This document shows, piece after piece, positions 36,496 to 45,846 of a DNA stretch of 64,000 nucleotides (the stretch's first letter is position 1; each line of letters begins with the position of its first letter). The notes beneath the pieces are model-generated. The model was given only the letters and a program-made list of their open reading frames with translations, ran no database searches and was not told the DNA's origin. Source of the stretch: Acidimicrobiia bacterium (GTDB lineage: Bacteria > Actinomycetota > Acidimicrobiia > Spongiisociales > Spongiisociaceae); NCBI GenBank assembly GCA_041576165.1, contig JBFGLM010000015.1, forward strand, positions 25,327 through 89,326, written 5' to 3'. The translations under genes were made by a program, and so were the position numbers.

Positions 36496-37391
36496 GAGCC
36501 GACCGGATCCCGGGCAACGGCGGCCGAGCCACCAAGTACGCGGCGTTCCGCTTCGCGGCGGGTCAATCGGCGCAGGAGAAACATCCCGAGAACACTCCAC
36601 AACGCACCGATGATGACGACCAGCAGACCCCGGGAGCTGCGATAGAAATCCTGGTACGGGCCCGGGAAGAAGGTCAGGAAGATGAGCATGGCCCAGGGCA
36701 CCACGATCACGACCCGGCTCTCGAGCCGCTGCTCGAGACCGGCGGTGCGGATCTCCCGTTCCGTCCGAAGGTCCTCAGTGATCTCCTCAACCAGGTGGCG
36801 CAACACCGCCTCGGTCAGGTCGCCCCCATGGAGATAGGCCAAGATGAGGACTTCGATGACCTTGTCTGAGGTTGGATCCCCTAGCTCCTCCTTGACGAGC
36901 TCCAGCGCCGGCGCGAATCCAAACATCCGGGCCTGAAGGGGGAACCGCTCGAACGCCGCCTCCAGCGGCTCGGGTCCGCTGGACGCGAGGCTGAGTACGG
37001 CGTTGGACATCGTGGCCCCAGCCGAGATGGATGCCAGCGCGTCTCGTATGCCATCAGGCCAGGCCGCCCGTATCTCGTCCAGTCGCGCCTGCCGCCTGCG
37101 GCCGTAGAACGCACGGGGAAACAGGGCCGCGCCGACGGCCGGGGCGGCCGCCAACCACCAGGCTCCCGATACCAGCAGCCCGAGCAGGAAGGCCAGCAGC
37201 CCGGCCAGAAGTGATCCGGCCCAGAACTGGCGGGGCGTGAGGTCCGACCCGGCCTGGATCAACCAGAGCTGACGATCGCTGACCTGAGGGCGCGACTCCG
37301 ATCGCCACCGAAGTTGGGGGGCGTAGCCCGTCGCGTATCCGACCAGCAGATAGATGAAGGCGCCACTGAGCAGCGCAGCGATCAGCCTCAT
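36492..37391 (-). CDS. tadB: Tad pilus assembly protein TadB
   Basis: AWPDGIRDALASISAG, LGDPTSDKV, GGDLTEAV, C-terminal TM pair. Confidence 0.85.
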   Translation of the reverse strand: MRLIAALLSGAFIYLLVGYATGYAPQLRWRSESRPQVSDRQLWLIQAGSDLTPRQFWAGSLLAGLLAFLLGLLVSGAWWLAAAPAVGAALFPRAFYGRRRQARLDEIRAAWPDGIRDALASISAGATMSNAVLSLASSGPEPLEAAFERFPLQARMFGFAPALELVKEELGDPTSDKVIEVLILAYLHGGDLTEAVLRHLVEEITEDLRTEREIRTAGLEQRLESRVVIVVPWAMLIFLTFFPGPYQDFYRSSRGLLVVIIGALWSVLGMFLLRRLTRREAERRVLGGSAAVARDPVGS

Positions 37392-38680
37392 CGGTGAGGT
37401 CTCCGGGCTCCGGAAAGGATTGACTGCAGGCTCACGTCGTCGGGCAACGTACGCTCGATCCTCGCGGTGAGATCCGGAGTGGGCAGGGTGCCCGTCCACC
37501 GGAGCGGCGTACCCAGACTCTCGCGCAGAAACATCGCCTCAGTGGTGAAATCCTCACTTGTCAACGACGGGGCGATCGTCAGGATCTCCTGAACCTGACG
37601 CTGCAGGCCGGTGCCCTCGTCACGCGACGGACGCATGTCGCGGTCGAGATGGACGACCAGGTCGATCGAAGATGCAAAGACCCGGCGCACGATGGATTCT
37701 GTGACGTTTTCGCCGGCCATCACCGCGGCGTTGACCAGCGCATTGAGGGCATCGCGGGCTGAGTTGGCGTGGATGGTGCACGCGAAGCCACAGCCGGCGT
37801 TGACGGCCCTGGTCAGCTCGAACGCCTCGCTGCCCCTGACTTCGCCAACACAGATCAGGTCGGGCCGCTGAGCCAACACCACCTTTACGAGATCACGTAG
37901 CGAATACTTCCGGGTGCCGTCGAGGGTGGGCGGGCTGGCCTCGTAGAACGAGCCGTGCACCAGTGGAAAGTGCAGCTCGCGCACCTCCTCACACACCCTG
38001 ACACAGCGGTCGTCGGGTACGCTGCGGAGAAACGCGCTCAGCATCGTCGTCTTTCCCGCCCCGGGCGGGCCGCTGAACAAAACCGTCGTCGTTCCTTGCG
38101 CAGCGGCCCACAACAAACCCGCGGCGGGCGGGGTGAGCGCCCCCCGATCGATCAGGAAGTCGAAGTCGTAATCCTTGACCGTGTACCGGCGCAGCGTCAC
38201 CGAGAGATGGTCGGCCACCGGCGGGATAACGGCCGTGAGGCGGGCCCGGCCGTCCAGTACCCGAGCCTGCTCGATCGGATTGGATGTGTCTAGGCGCCGG
38301 TTGGTAGACGACAGAATGCGATCGACGATCTGGCGGTTTTCTTCCTCGGAGGTCGGAGCGTTCAGCGCCTGCAGTCGGCCCGTTGCGTCGAGGTAGGTGA
38401 CCCGGGGACCTTCGATGAAGATCTCTTCCACGTCGTTGCGCTCGAGCAACTCTGTGAGCGGTCCGTACCCGGTCAGCGAGTTGAGCAGCCGCCGGGTGAG
38501 TTCTGCCGGGTCGCGCAACGGCCTGAGACCGTTGCCACCTCGAGCCCGAGACTGATAGCCGTCTACGAGTTCGGAGACCGCCACCCGCACCTCCTCCAGA
38601 TTGCCGACAGGATCGAGGCGGAGTTCATCGATCCGTTCGGCCGCCAGGCGGCGCAGCACCTCGTACGCACCCGTGGTCAT
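37388..38680 (-). CDS. tadA: Tad/CpaF pilus ATPase
   Basis: GYGPLTELL, GPPGAGKTT, RPDLICVGEVRGSEA, CTIHANSA. Confidence 0.95.
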   Translation of the reverse strand: MTTGAYEVLRRLAAERIDELRLDPVGNLEEVRVAVSELVDGYQSRARGGNGLRPLRDPAELTRRLLNSLTGYGPLTELLERNDVEEIFIEGPRVTYLDATGRLQALNAPTSEEENRQIVDRILSSTNRRLDTSNPIEQARVLDGRARLTAVIPPVADHLSVTLRRYTVKDYDFDFLIDRGALTPPAAGLLWAAAQGTTTVLFSGPPGAGKTTMLSAFLRSVPDDRCVRVCEEVRELHFPLVHGSFYEASPPTLDGTRKYSLRDLVKVVLAQRPDLICVGEVRGSEAFELTRAVNAGCGFACTIHANSARDALNALVNAAVMAGENVTESIVRRVFASSIDLVVHLDRDMRPSRDEGTGLQRQVQEILTIAPSLTSEDFTTEAMFLRESLGTPLRWTGTLPTPDLTARIERTLPDDVSLQSILSGARRPHR

Positions 38681-39861
38681 GGTGCCACCCTCGCCCCAGC
38701 GCTTTCCAGCAACCTGGCGGTGAGCGCCCGCGCGGCGCGCAGGTAACTGCCGGGTGGTACTGCCTCACCGTTCCAGGCTGCCCGCTCCAACCGGCTATCG
38801 GCCGGAAGCCATGTGATGGATGCCGGGACGAAGGAACGAACGAGCTCCTCGCTGAGCTCCCCTCGCTGGTACATCGATCTGGGGGCGTTGTGAAAGACGA
38901 CATGTAGTGACGCGGCGGTTAGCCGGCGCGCACCGGCAATCCAGGTGAGCAGTCGCGTGAGGGCCAGTGGGGTGGCGTCGGTGGCCACTACAACCTGACC
39001 GGCCTCGGTGATCACCGCTCGGGCGACGTCGAACCGTCCCGCCCGGCCGGCGATTGGGGCGAGGTCGTCGATGGCACGGTTGACCTTGACAATCACGTCA
39101 GCGTGGCTCTGGCGCAAGTGCTCGATCAAGTCCACGACATCTCGAGGCTGGAAGGTGTCCCATTCGTCGGGAGAAGGAATCCCGGCCAGAATCGCGTAAC
39201 CCCTGGGTGACCGTCGCAGCGAGTCCTCGGGTCTCCCGCGCAGCTGCACCAATGAATCAATAGCCGTCAGCAGGTTGGGAGCGACGGTCATTCCCAGCCT
39301 TTGCGCCAGCGACGGGGCGACCGTGTCAGCGTCAATCAGGACAGTCGACCGATTGAACCCGATGAGGGAATCCGCCATCGCCAGCGCCACGTTCATGGCG
39401 TTATCGTCACCTACCACCACAGTGGGGCTCGAGTCCGGCGCAAAGGGATCGTCCTGGGGTAGGGCGGCGTACGGAGTCCCTACCTCCACTTCCCGCGGCA
39501 GTTCGTCCCGCACGCTCAGCACTGCCTGGAGGAATTCCTCAGGGCCGGCGAAAGCATCCACAACTGCGTCGACCCCCATGGCCAGCAGCCGGTCCTTCGA
39601 CTCCTCTCCCATATCCGGGTCGTAGACGCCCACGACCTTGCGCTGCAGGCGACGGATTCGATCGACGAACCGTGGCGTCATGTAGCTGGCGATGTCGTCG
39701 ACGATCAAGACCTCGAAGTCCTGATCCATGGCGTCGTCCACGGTGAGTACGGTTCCCCGAAGACGCGCTCCCCCATAGTCGCTGACGAAACGAGTCAGCT
39801 CGGCAGCCCACGATCGCTGCGAGCTGCTGATGGAGACGACCGGATCCTCGAACACATTCAC
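38677..39861 (-). CDS. TadZ/CpaE-like protein (receiver-like plus MinD-like domain)
   Basis: VLIVDD receiver-like N-terminus; VLIDADTVAPSLAQRLG; position between cpaB and tadA. Confidence 0.75.
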   Translation of the reverse strand: MNVFEDPVVSISSSQRSWAAELTRFVSDYGGARLRGTVLTVDDAMDQDFEVLIVDDIASYMTPRFVDRIRRLQRKVVGVYDPDMGEESKDRLLAMGVDAVVDAFAGPEEFLQAVLSVRDELPREVEVGTPYAALPQDDPFAPDSSPTVVVGDDNAMNVALAMADSLIGFNRSTVLIDADTVAPSLAQRLGMTVAPNLLTAIDSLVQLRGRPEDSLRRSPRGYAILAGIPSPDEWDTFQPRDVVDLIEHLRQSHADVIVKVNRAIDDLAPIAGRAGRFDVARAVITEAGQVVVATDATPLALTRLLTWIAGARRLTAASLHVVFHNAPRSMYQRGELSEELVRSFVPASITWLPADSRLERAAWNGEAVPPGSYLRAARALTARLLESAGARVAP

Positions 39862-40580
39862 GAGGACGGACCCTCGACCGCCCCGGCGCCAGCCGACGAC
39901 GGACCCACGACCGGTTCCGGCGCCCCGGTTGAACGAACGATGTGGACCTCGCCCCCGTCGAGCATGGCGGCAATTGCGATCGCTTCGGCGTCGTCGACAG
40001 CCAGGGTGACACTGAACGAGCCGGTTGCGGCCTGGAGGCCGGTGCCCGTCGCCTCTGGTACCGCCAGAACCTCCACTGAGACCGCGATGTAACTGGCTAC
40101 CCCGTCACGAACACCAATGACGTCGACGCGGTCACCCCGCTGCAAGGCTCCCGCCACGGCCTGAGTCTCATCGACCGGGACACTCATGGCCCGCCCGGCC
40201 CCCGGCGCCGCCTCCGGCCGGACGTCGGAATCGAAGATTGGATCGCCCGCCGCCAGCGGACGCGTGAGCACCAGTCCCACCAGCGCGGGGGCGGAGGCAT
40301 CGGTGACGAAGCGGCTGGCCAACTCTCCATCGAGCGGCGCGGCCACGAAGCGCACATCGTCGGACTCAATGCGGGTACCGGCGGCCAGGTCGCGAGCAGC
40401 TACTGTGACCATTTGATCCACCCGGTCGCCCCGTAGCAGAGCCAGATTCAGCAGAACCGCGAGCAGGCCGGCCAGCACCATCAGCACGTGGCCGAAGCTG
40501 ACGCGGCTCAACGGACTCCGCTTGGGCGGAACCTCGGTACCCCCTTTTGGCGCCAGCGTCGGCGCGGTCGCCCTGTCCAT
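39858..40580 (-). CDS. cpaB: RcpC/CpaB SAF-domain pilus assembly protein
   Basis: TM, VAARDLAAGTRI SAF domain, RAMSVPVD, LQRGDRVDVI. Confidence 0.82.
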   Translation of the reverse strand: MDRATAPTLAPKGGTEVPPKRSPLSRVSFGHVLMVLAGLLAVLLNLALLRGDRVDQMVTVAARDLAAGTRIESDDVRFVAAPLDGELASRFVTDASAPALVGLVLTRPLAAGDPIFDSDVRPEAAPGAGRAMSVPVDETQAVAGALQRGDRVDVIGVRDGVASYIAVSVEVLAVPEATGTGLQAATGSFSVTLAVDDAEAIAIAAMLDGGEVHIVRSTGAPEPVVGPSSAGAGAVEGPSS

Positions 40581-40605
40581 GACCCCTCCCATCGGTGTTG
40601 CCACC

Positions 40606-40634
40606 GACCGTGGGAAATGTACATACCCACGGTC
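40606..40634. promoter_or_regulatory. Near-perfect palindrome upstream of tad operon
   Basis: GACCGTGGG-AA-ATGTACAT-A-CCCACGGTC next to an AT-rich tract. Confidence 0.5.
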
Positions 40635-40691
40635 TGGAAGTCTACAATCGCTATTTAACAGTATTCAACGATCTGTGGCAATATCTCGCGG

Positions 40692-41219
40692 TCAGATGGG
40701 CCGGATGGCGCATGCGATCTCGGCGATGCGGATGAACCATTCTCTGCGATCGGCGGTTCTCACCATCACGTGATCTCGAGCCACGGCTGCGATCACGCCG
40801 GTTACTCGCGGCTCACCGCCCCGCCCAATGACTTCCACCGTCTCGCCGGTGAGCTCGAGCAACCCGAGGCGGGCGGTGAACGATTCGGCTTCGGTAGGCG
40901 AGGAACGTCCCCCAGTTGCCGAGGAGGCGTCGACACGGATCCAGTCGACCGCAGCGAGATTCGCCTCGACCAGCGCCGACCGGATATGCAGGGTGAGGAG
41001 GTCGCCGCGGGCGTACACACCCACCCCGGTCAACTCCAGTCCGTCGAATGCGACCGTGACGGTGTCTCCCCGGTCCACCAGCGACCGAGCAATATCGGGA
41101 AAGGAACGCTGCTTGGCGGCTAGCTTCTCGGCTTCGCGTTCGCCGGCTTCCAGCTCCCGCCGCATCTCGGCGTCGAGCCGCCGTTCGAGGCCCGGGTCGA
41201 GGGGACTGTCATCGGTCAC
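40692..41219 (-). CDS. Hypothetical protein with two repeated small beta-rich domains
   Basis: Internal duplication (GDTVTV..LTG..GDLLTL / GETVEV..VTG..RDHVMV). Confidence 0.65.
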   Translation of the reverse strand: MTDDSPLDPGLERRLDAEMRRELEAGEREAEKLAAKQRSFPDIARSLVDRGDTVTVAFDGLELTGVGVYARGDLLTLHIRSALVEANLAAVDWIRVDASSATGGRSSPTEAESFTARLGLLELTGETVEVIGRGGEPRVTGVIAAVARDHVMVRTADRREWFIRIAEIACAIRPI

Positions 41220-41256
41220 GGAACAAGTCTGACAGCCCTTCAGCGGGATGACGATC

Positions 41257-41874
41257 CTATGCGGCGACGAAACTCTGCTGTAGCAACCGGGTGACGTGCT
41301 CGACGTACTCGTCGGCGCTCCACCCCAGCCTTTGGGTCAGTTCACGCCACGGCCCGGGCATCGTCAATACATAGAAGAGATCCGCCGCAGCGGCAACGGT
41401 CCAGCCCTCGGCGAGATTCCCCTCATCAGCAATGCGCTGGATGATGCGCTCATGCGCACGACGCCGGTGGGACATTCGATCGCGCCAGGCTGCTCCCAAC
41501 GCCTCATCCTCTTGTTGGGCGGCCTCCAGTACCCGGGCGACGGGATCAATCTCTGCGGTATAGCGGCTGTGCAGCTCGATCATGCGGGCCATGGCTTCCA
41601 CGCCGCTGGGCGCCTCCCGCACCGGCGCCGCCAGTTCGGCCAGCCCCAATGTCTCGTCCATGTGGCTGACCAGGCCGAGGAGCAGCCCCCGCCGGTCCCC
41701 AAAGTGGAGGTAGATGGCTTGGCGGGAAACTCCTGCACTCTCGGCGACGTCGGACAGCCGCACCGCCGCCCCTTGCCGCCCGATCAACTCCCAGGTGGCC
41801 TCGAGCATGCGTCGTCGGGTCTCCGGGTCCCCATAGTCCGAGCCGGCTTCGCTGCGAAGATTCTCACTTGACAC
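41257..41874 (-). CDS. TetR family transcriptional regulator
   Basis: LSDVAESAGVSRQAIYLHFGDR HTH. Confidence 0.93.
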   Translation of the reverse strand: MSSENLRSEAGSDYGDPETRRRMLEATWELIGRQGAAVRLSDVAESAGVSRQAIYLHFGDRRGLLLGLVSHMDETLGLAELAAPVREAPSGVEAMARMIELHSRYTAEIDPVARVLEAAQQEDEALGAAWRDRMSHRRRAHERIIQRIADEGNLAEGWTVAAAADLFYVLTMPGPWRELTQRLGWSADEYVEHVTRLLQQSFVAA

Positions 41875-41930
41875 GGTGTCAATCTAACAGCTATCTTTCC
41901 CAGAGGATTACTTTACATGACGTAAAGTAA
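41868..41930. promoter_or_regulatory. Two palindromic TetR-type operators in the divergent promoter
   Basis: TTGACACGGTGTCAA (41868-41882) and TTACTTTAC-ATGAC-GTAAAGTAA (41908-41930). Confidence 0.72.
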
Positions 41931-41951
41931 CAACGGGGAGTAGGAGGCGAG

Positions 41952-42875
41952 ATGCCTGACCGAACCACATTCATCCAATCTCAAACCGACCTCCTCCGAC
42001 GATGCGGAGTCGGAGCCGCCTCTGAGTTCGTGGACGTCCCCGCGATCAACGGACGAGCCCACGTTTTGGTGGCCGGCGAGGGTCCGCCGCTGGTGATGGT
42101 GATCGGCGGTGGAGCGCCCGCCGCCATGTGGGCGCCGCTCATCCCGCACATCGACGGCTTCACCGTCTATGCAGTGGACCGTCCAGGGTTTGGATTGACC
42201 GATACCGTCCCCCACACCACTGCGGGGCTCCGATCGCTTGCGGTGGGCTTCCTCAGCCAGGTCCTCGACGGGTTGGGGCTCGAGCGGCCGGTGTTCGTCG
42301 CCAACTCGATGGGATCGCTGTGGACCATCTGGCTGGCCCTCGACGAGCCCGACCGAGTCGAGGCGATGACCCATATCGGCTGCCCGGCCGTCATCCTCGG
42401 CACCTTCGCTCCATTCCCGATGCGGCTCCTGGCTGTACCCGGGCTGGGGCGTTTGATGATGGGTCTGCAGCCACCCTCTCCCAGGCAGGCGGATCAAGTC
42501 TTCACGATGATGAAAGAAGATCTGTCCGAGTGGCCCGAGCTCCGTCAGCTGATGGTCGCGTGCGAAACGTTGCCGGACTACGCCCCTAGCTGGCTGCAGC
42601 TGATCAGGGCAGTCGGCACTGTGCGCGGGGCGAGACCGGAGATAGCGCTCACCGAGCCCGAACTGGCCGACGTGACCCAGCCCGTGCAGCTCATCTGGGG
42701 CAACCAGGATCCGTTTGGTCGGCCGGAGGTTGGGCAGCGAGCAGCGGAGATCATCCCCGATGCAGAAATCAAAGTGATCCCCGGCGGCCATACGCCGTGG
42801 CTCGGCCAAGCCGAGAGAATCGGACAGCTCGCCACCCCCTTCCTGCGCAAACACGCCACCGCTCGAGACCTATGA
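41952..42875 (+). CDS. Alpha/beta fold hydrolase
   Basis: VDRPGFGLT, VANSMGS, LIWGNQDP, GGHTPW. Confidence 0.9.
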   Translation: MPDRTTFIQSQTDLLRRCGVGAASEFVDVPAINGRAHVLVAGEGPPLVMVIGGGAPAAMWAPLIPHIDGFTVYAVDRPGFGLTDTVPHTTAGLRSLAVGFLSQVLDGLGLERPVFVANSMGSLWTIWLALDEPDRVEAMTHIGCPAVILGTFAPFPMRLLAVPGLGRLMMGLQPPSPRQADQVFTMMKEDLSEWPELRQLMVACETLPDYAPSWLQLIRAVGTVRGARPEIALTEPELADVTQPVQLIWGNQDPFGRPEVGQRAAEIIPDAEIKVIPGGHTPWLGQAERIGQLATPFLRKHATARDL

Positions 42876-42955
42876 GCGGCGAGCGGAATGTTCACCGTCA
42901 GTAGCTCCCCCGGCGCACCCACCCGGCAAACTGCAATCGGGCCCGGTTGACGCCC

Positions 42956-44077
42956 TTACCGACCGGAGTCCATAACGGTACCGACGAGTTTGCTGAGATC
43001 GGTGTTGTGCGCGTAGCAGATGACCAGACGATCTCCCCGCGACCAGGATTGGCGCGTCGGTGAGTAGTAGCTGAAATCGAGGCTCGATTCGTCCCACTGC
43101 GTCGCCACGTAGCTTTCGAGGGCCGGCACACACGTCTCGAACGCTGTGTCGCCGATCTCGCTCTCCGAAGGCAGCGCTTCGTCATCCAGCAGGAAGGTGA
43201 AGAACACCTCGTTGTCGTGAGGTTCGGCGCATGGAATGAGTGGCACGTCATCGACCAGTTCTGTTGCCGGCTCGTCGAAGCAGTGGCCGGGGGTCAAGTC
43301 GTCGACGAACACAGTGGTCGCAGCAGCTTGCCCATCGTCCGAGTCCAGCGGCCGGGTGGAGGCCGGCTCTGACCCCGAGTCTGTCGCCGCTGCTGGGGTC
43401 GTGGTGGATGACGGTGCCGGTGATGACGTCGTCGTCACCTCTCCACCGAGCACGGATACGGGAGGCGATTCGTCGCGGCCGCCTGCGATGCTGAAGGCCA
43501 GGGCGCCTCCTACGGCGACGACCAGGAGGGCAGCGATGCCCGCAATCCAGCGACCAGTCGGCGACTTGCGGCGATGCGAGGTGGGCCCGGCATAAGCGCC
43601 CGGCGCTGGGACCTCGGCGGGATCTGCGCCTATGGCGACGAATAGACGATGGACGTCGTGCTCGAAGTCCGGGTCCTGACGGACCGGTAGGCCGTTGAGA
43701 TCCGCCAGCAGCGCGATCGACTCTGGCAGCTCCTCGGCTTCCGGCATCTCCGAGCCCCCCACGAGGAGCGGAATGACCGTCTTGTGGTTCTCCAGTGCAG
43801 TTTCTATCTCTATGCGGACGGCATCCCTGGGTTGGTCGATACGTCTGGCCCCTGAGTTGGACTTGGCCGCCAGCCAGCCCGGGCCTATCGCAACGAGCAC
43901 GTACTCGACAGATGTCAGTGCCGCTGCGATCTCAGCGCGGAAATCCGCGCCCGGAGCGATGTTGTCGACGTCGCGGAAGACGAAATCGCTTCCGAAATGT
44001 TGGCGGAGCCGATCTTGGATGCGGCCAACCACATCTCCGGCATCCCCGCGGCGGTAACACAGAAATACTCCGTCCAC
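42956..44077 (-). CDS. TIR domain - TM - septum-formation-like extracellular domain protein
   Basis: VFLCYRR..FRDVDNIAPGADF..VRIEIETAL..VIPLLV TIR; TM; S/T/P linker; PGHCFD..PCAEPHDNEVF..SWSRGDRLVIC. Confidence 0.82.
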   Translation of the reverse strand: MDGVFLCYRRGDAGDVVGRIQDRLRQHFGSDFVFRDVDNIAPGADFRAEIAAALTSVEYVLVAIGPGWLAAKSNSGARRIDQPRDAVRIEIETALENHKTVIPLLVGGSEMPEAEELPESIALLADLNGLPVRQDPDFEHDVHRLFVAIGADPAEVPAPGAYAGPTSHRRKSPTGRWIAGIAALLVVAVGGALAFSIAGGRDESPPVSVLGGEVTTTSSPAPSSTTTPAAATDSGSEPASTRPLDSDDGQAAATTVFVDDLTPGHCFDEPATELVDDVPLIPCAEPHDNEVFFTFLLDDEALPSESEIGDTAFETCVPALESYVATQWDESSLDFSYYSPTRQSWSRGDRLVICYAHNTDLSKLVGTVMDSGR

Positions 44078-44286
44078 GGACTCCCCGATCTATCGACCCG
44101 AGCCGGCAGCGGCCAAGTCTACGCCACGACCGGCTCACGGTTGGGCACTGTCGAAACCTCCCGTGGCGAGGCACGGCCGCGCCCCGCCGGCCCCTCATCT
44201 AGCGGGTGCGTGGCGTGCCCGAGCAGCGGTCCGACGTGCATCATTTCGCCGCACACCCCCTGCTTCGTTGGGTAGGTTTGGGTTGC

Positions 44287-44772
44287 GTGAAGGTCCGAGA
44301 CGCGAACCATTCGGATCTGGCGAATGTGGCGGTCATCGCCGACATATCCCTCACCGCCGCCTATCGGGAGCTGCTGTCGGAAGCGACTCTCCGCCGCTAC
44401 CTGAGTGCAACGTATTCCCCGAGCGCGCTGGCCCACCGCCTGGCCGACCATCCGATCTTCGTCGTGGAGATCGAGCGGGAAATCTGCGCCTTCGCCGATG
44501 CGTTCATCCAGGACGGGGGCATCGTGATCGCCGAGATCTGCACGCTGCCCAGCCGCCGCCGGCTGGGCTGCGGGCGTCAGCTCGTGTATCACCTGTCACA
44601 CATGGACACATCGCTGCCGGTCTCGGCCGACGTGTTGCTGGGTAACGAGGCCGGGGAGCGGTTCTACGAGTCGATGGGATTTGTGCCGGGTGAGATCGTG
44701 CAGCTGCAAATGTTCGACGCCCACATCGTCGAACAACGCTGGTGGCATCCGCCGCTGGCCGCCACGGCCTGA
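44287..44772 (+). CDS. GNAT acetyltransferase
   Basis: PSRRRLGCGRQL acetyl-CoA motif, NEAGERFYESMGF; start GTG 44287. Confidence 0.82.
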   Translation: MKVRDANHSDLANVAVIADISLTAAYRELLSEATLRRYLSATYSPSALAHRLADHPIFVVEIEREICAFADAFIQDGGIVIAEICTLPSRRRLGCGRQLVYHLSHMDTSLPVSADVLLGNEAGERFYESMGFVPGEIVQLQMFDAHIVEQRWWHPPLAATA

Positions 44773-44818
44773 TCGTCCGGCTGACATCGTTTCTCCCCGA
44801 TCGCCCTAGCCTGCGCCG

Positions 44819-45844
44819 GTGGCGACACCAAAGGTCGTGCTGCACGACCATCTGGACGGTGGGTTGCGGATCGAGACAATTCTCGAGCTGACCGATGCGG
44901 TGGGTTATCGAGGGCTGCCCACCGACGATCCGGCCGGCCTGGCGCAGTGGTTCGACCAGGGCAGGTCGCTGTCGCTGGAGCGCTACCTAGAAGCCTTCGT
45001 CCACACCGTGGCCGTGATGCAGACGCCCGAGGCGGTAGCGCGGGTTGCGTACGAAGCGGGAGTTGATCTGGCTGCCGACGGCGTCATCTACGCCGAGAGC
45101 CGGTTCGCGCCGACCCTGCTGACGGAGGGAACGATGTCACGGCAGGGGGCGCTTGCCGCGGCCCTGGAAGGGTTCACCCGGGCGGAACAGGAAACCGGGA
45201 TCACGCTGCGCCTGATCGCCGACGCCATGCGCAACTTCGACGATTCGCTCGAATCCGCCCGCGACGCCATCGCCTGCCGCATCCTGGGTGTGGTCGGTTT
45301 CGACCTCGCCGGCCCGGAGAAAGGATTCCCACCCGACGATCACCTGCCCGCATGTAGGGCGATCCGAGAGGCCAACCTGGGCCTGACCCTCCACGCCGGC
45401 GAGGCAGATGGGCCGCACAGCATCTGGGCGGCCCTCCAGCGGTGTGGGGCACACCGGATCGGCCACGGAGTCCAGATCATCGACGACTGCGACGTCCGGG
45501 ACGGAGAGATCGTCGGGCTGGGCCAAGTGGCGCAATACGTACTGAACCATCAGATCCATCTCGAGGTGGCGCCGACCTCAAACCTGCACACAAGAGGCTG
45601 GAAGGCCTCTGATCACCCGATCGGCATGCTCTACCGCGCCGGGTACAACGTCGGCATCAACACCGACAACCGGCTGATGAGCAGGGTGAGCATGAGTGAC
45701 GAGTTCGATCTGGTGCAGCAGCATCACGAATTCGATCGCAGCGACCTCCATGTCGTGACCCGCAACGCCATGCTGGCTGCATTCTGCGACTGGGACACGA
45801 AACAGCGGCTCCTGGCCGAGATCGACGCCGCCTACACGGCCTGA
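44819..45844 (+). CDS. add: Adenosine deaminase
   Basis: PKVVLHDHLDGGLR, GFDLAGPE, TLHAGE, RIGHG, PTSN, NTDN. Confidence 0.93.
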   Translation: MATPKVVLHDHLDGGLRIETILELTDAVGYRGLPTDDPAGLAQWFDQGRSLSLERYLEAFVHTVAVMQTPEAVARVAYEAGVDLAADGVIYAESRFAPTLLTEGTMSRQGALAAALEGFTRAEQETGITLRLIADAMRNFDDSLESARDAIACRILGVVGFDLAGPEKGFPPDDHLPACRAIREANLGLTLHAGEADGPHSIWAALQRCGAHRIGHGVQIIDDCDVRDGEIVGLGQVAQYVLNHQIHLEVAPTSNLHTRGWKASDHPIGMLYRAGYNVGINTDNRLMSRVSMSDEFDLVQQHHEFDRSDLHVVTRNAMLAAFCDWDTKQRLLAEIDAAYTA

Positions 45845-45846
45845 CG

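Noticed and set aside
42931-42945. TGCAATCG half-site resembling the island operator
   Set aside because: Only half the palindrome, and located between convergent gene ends
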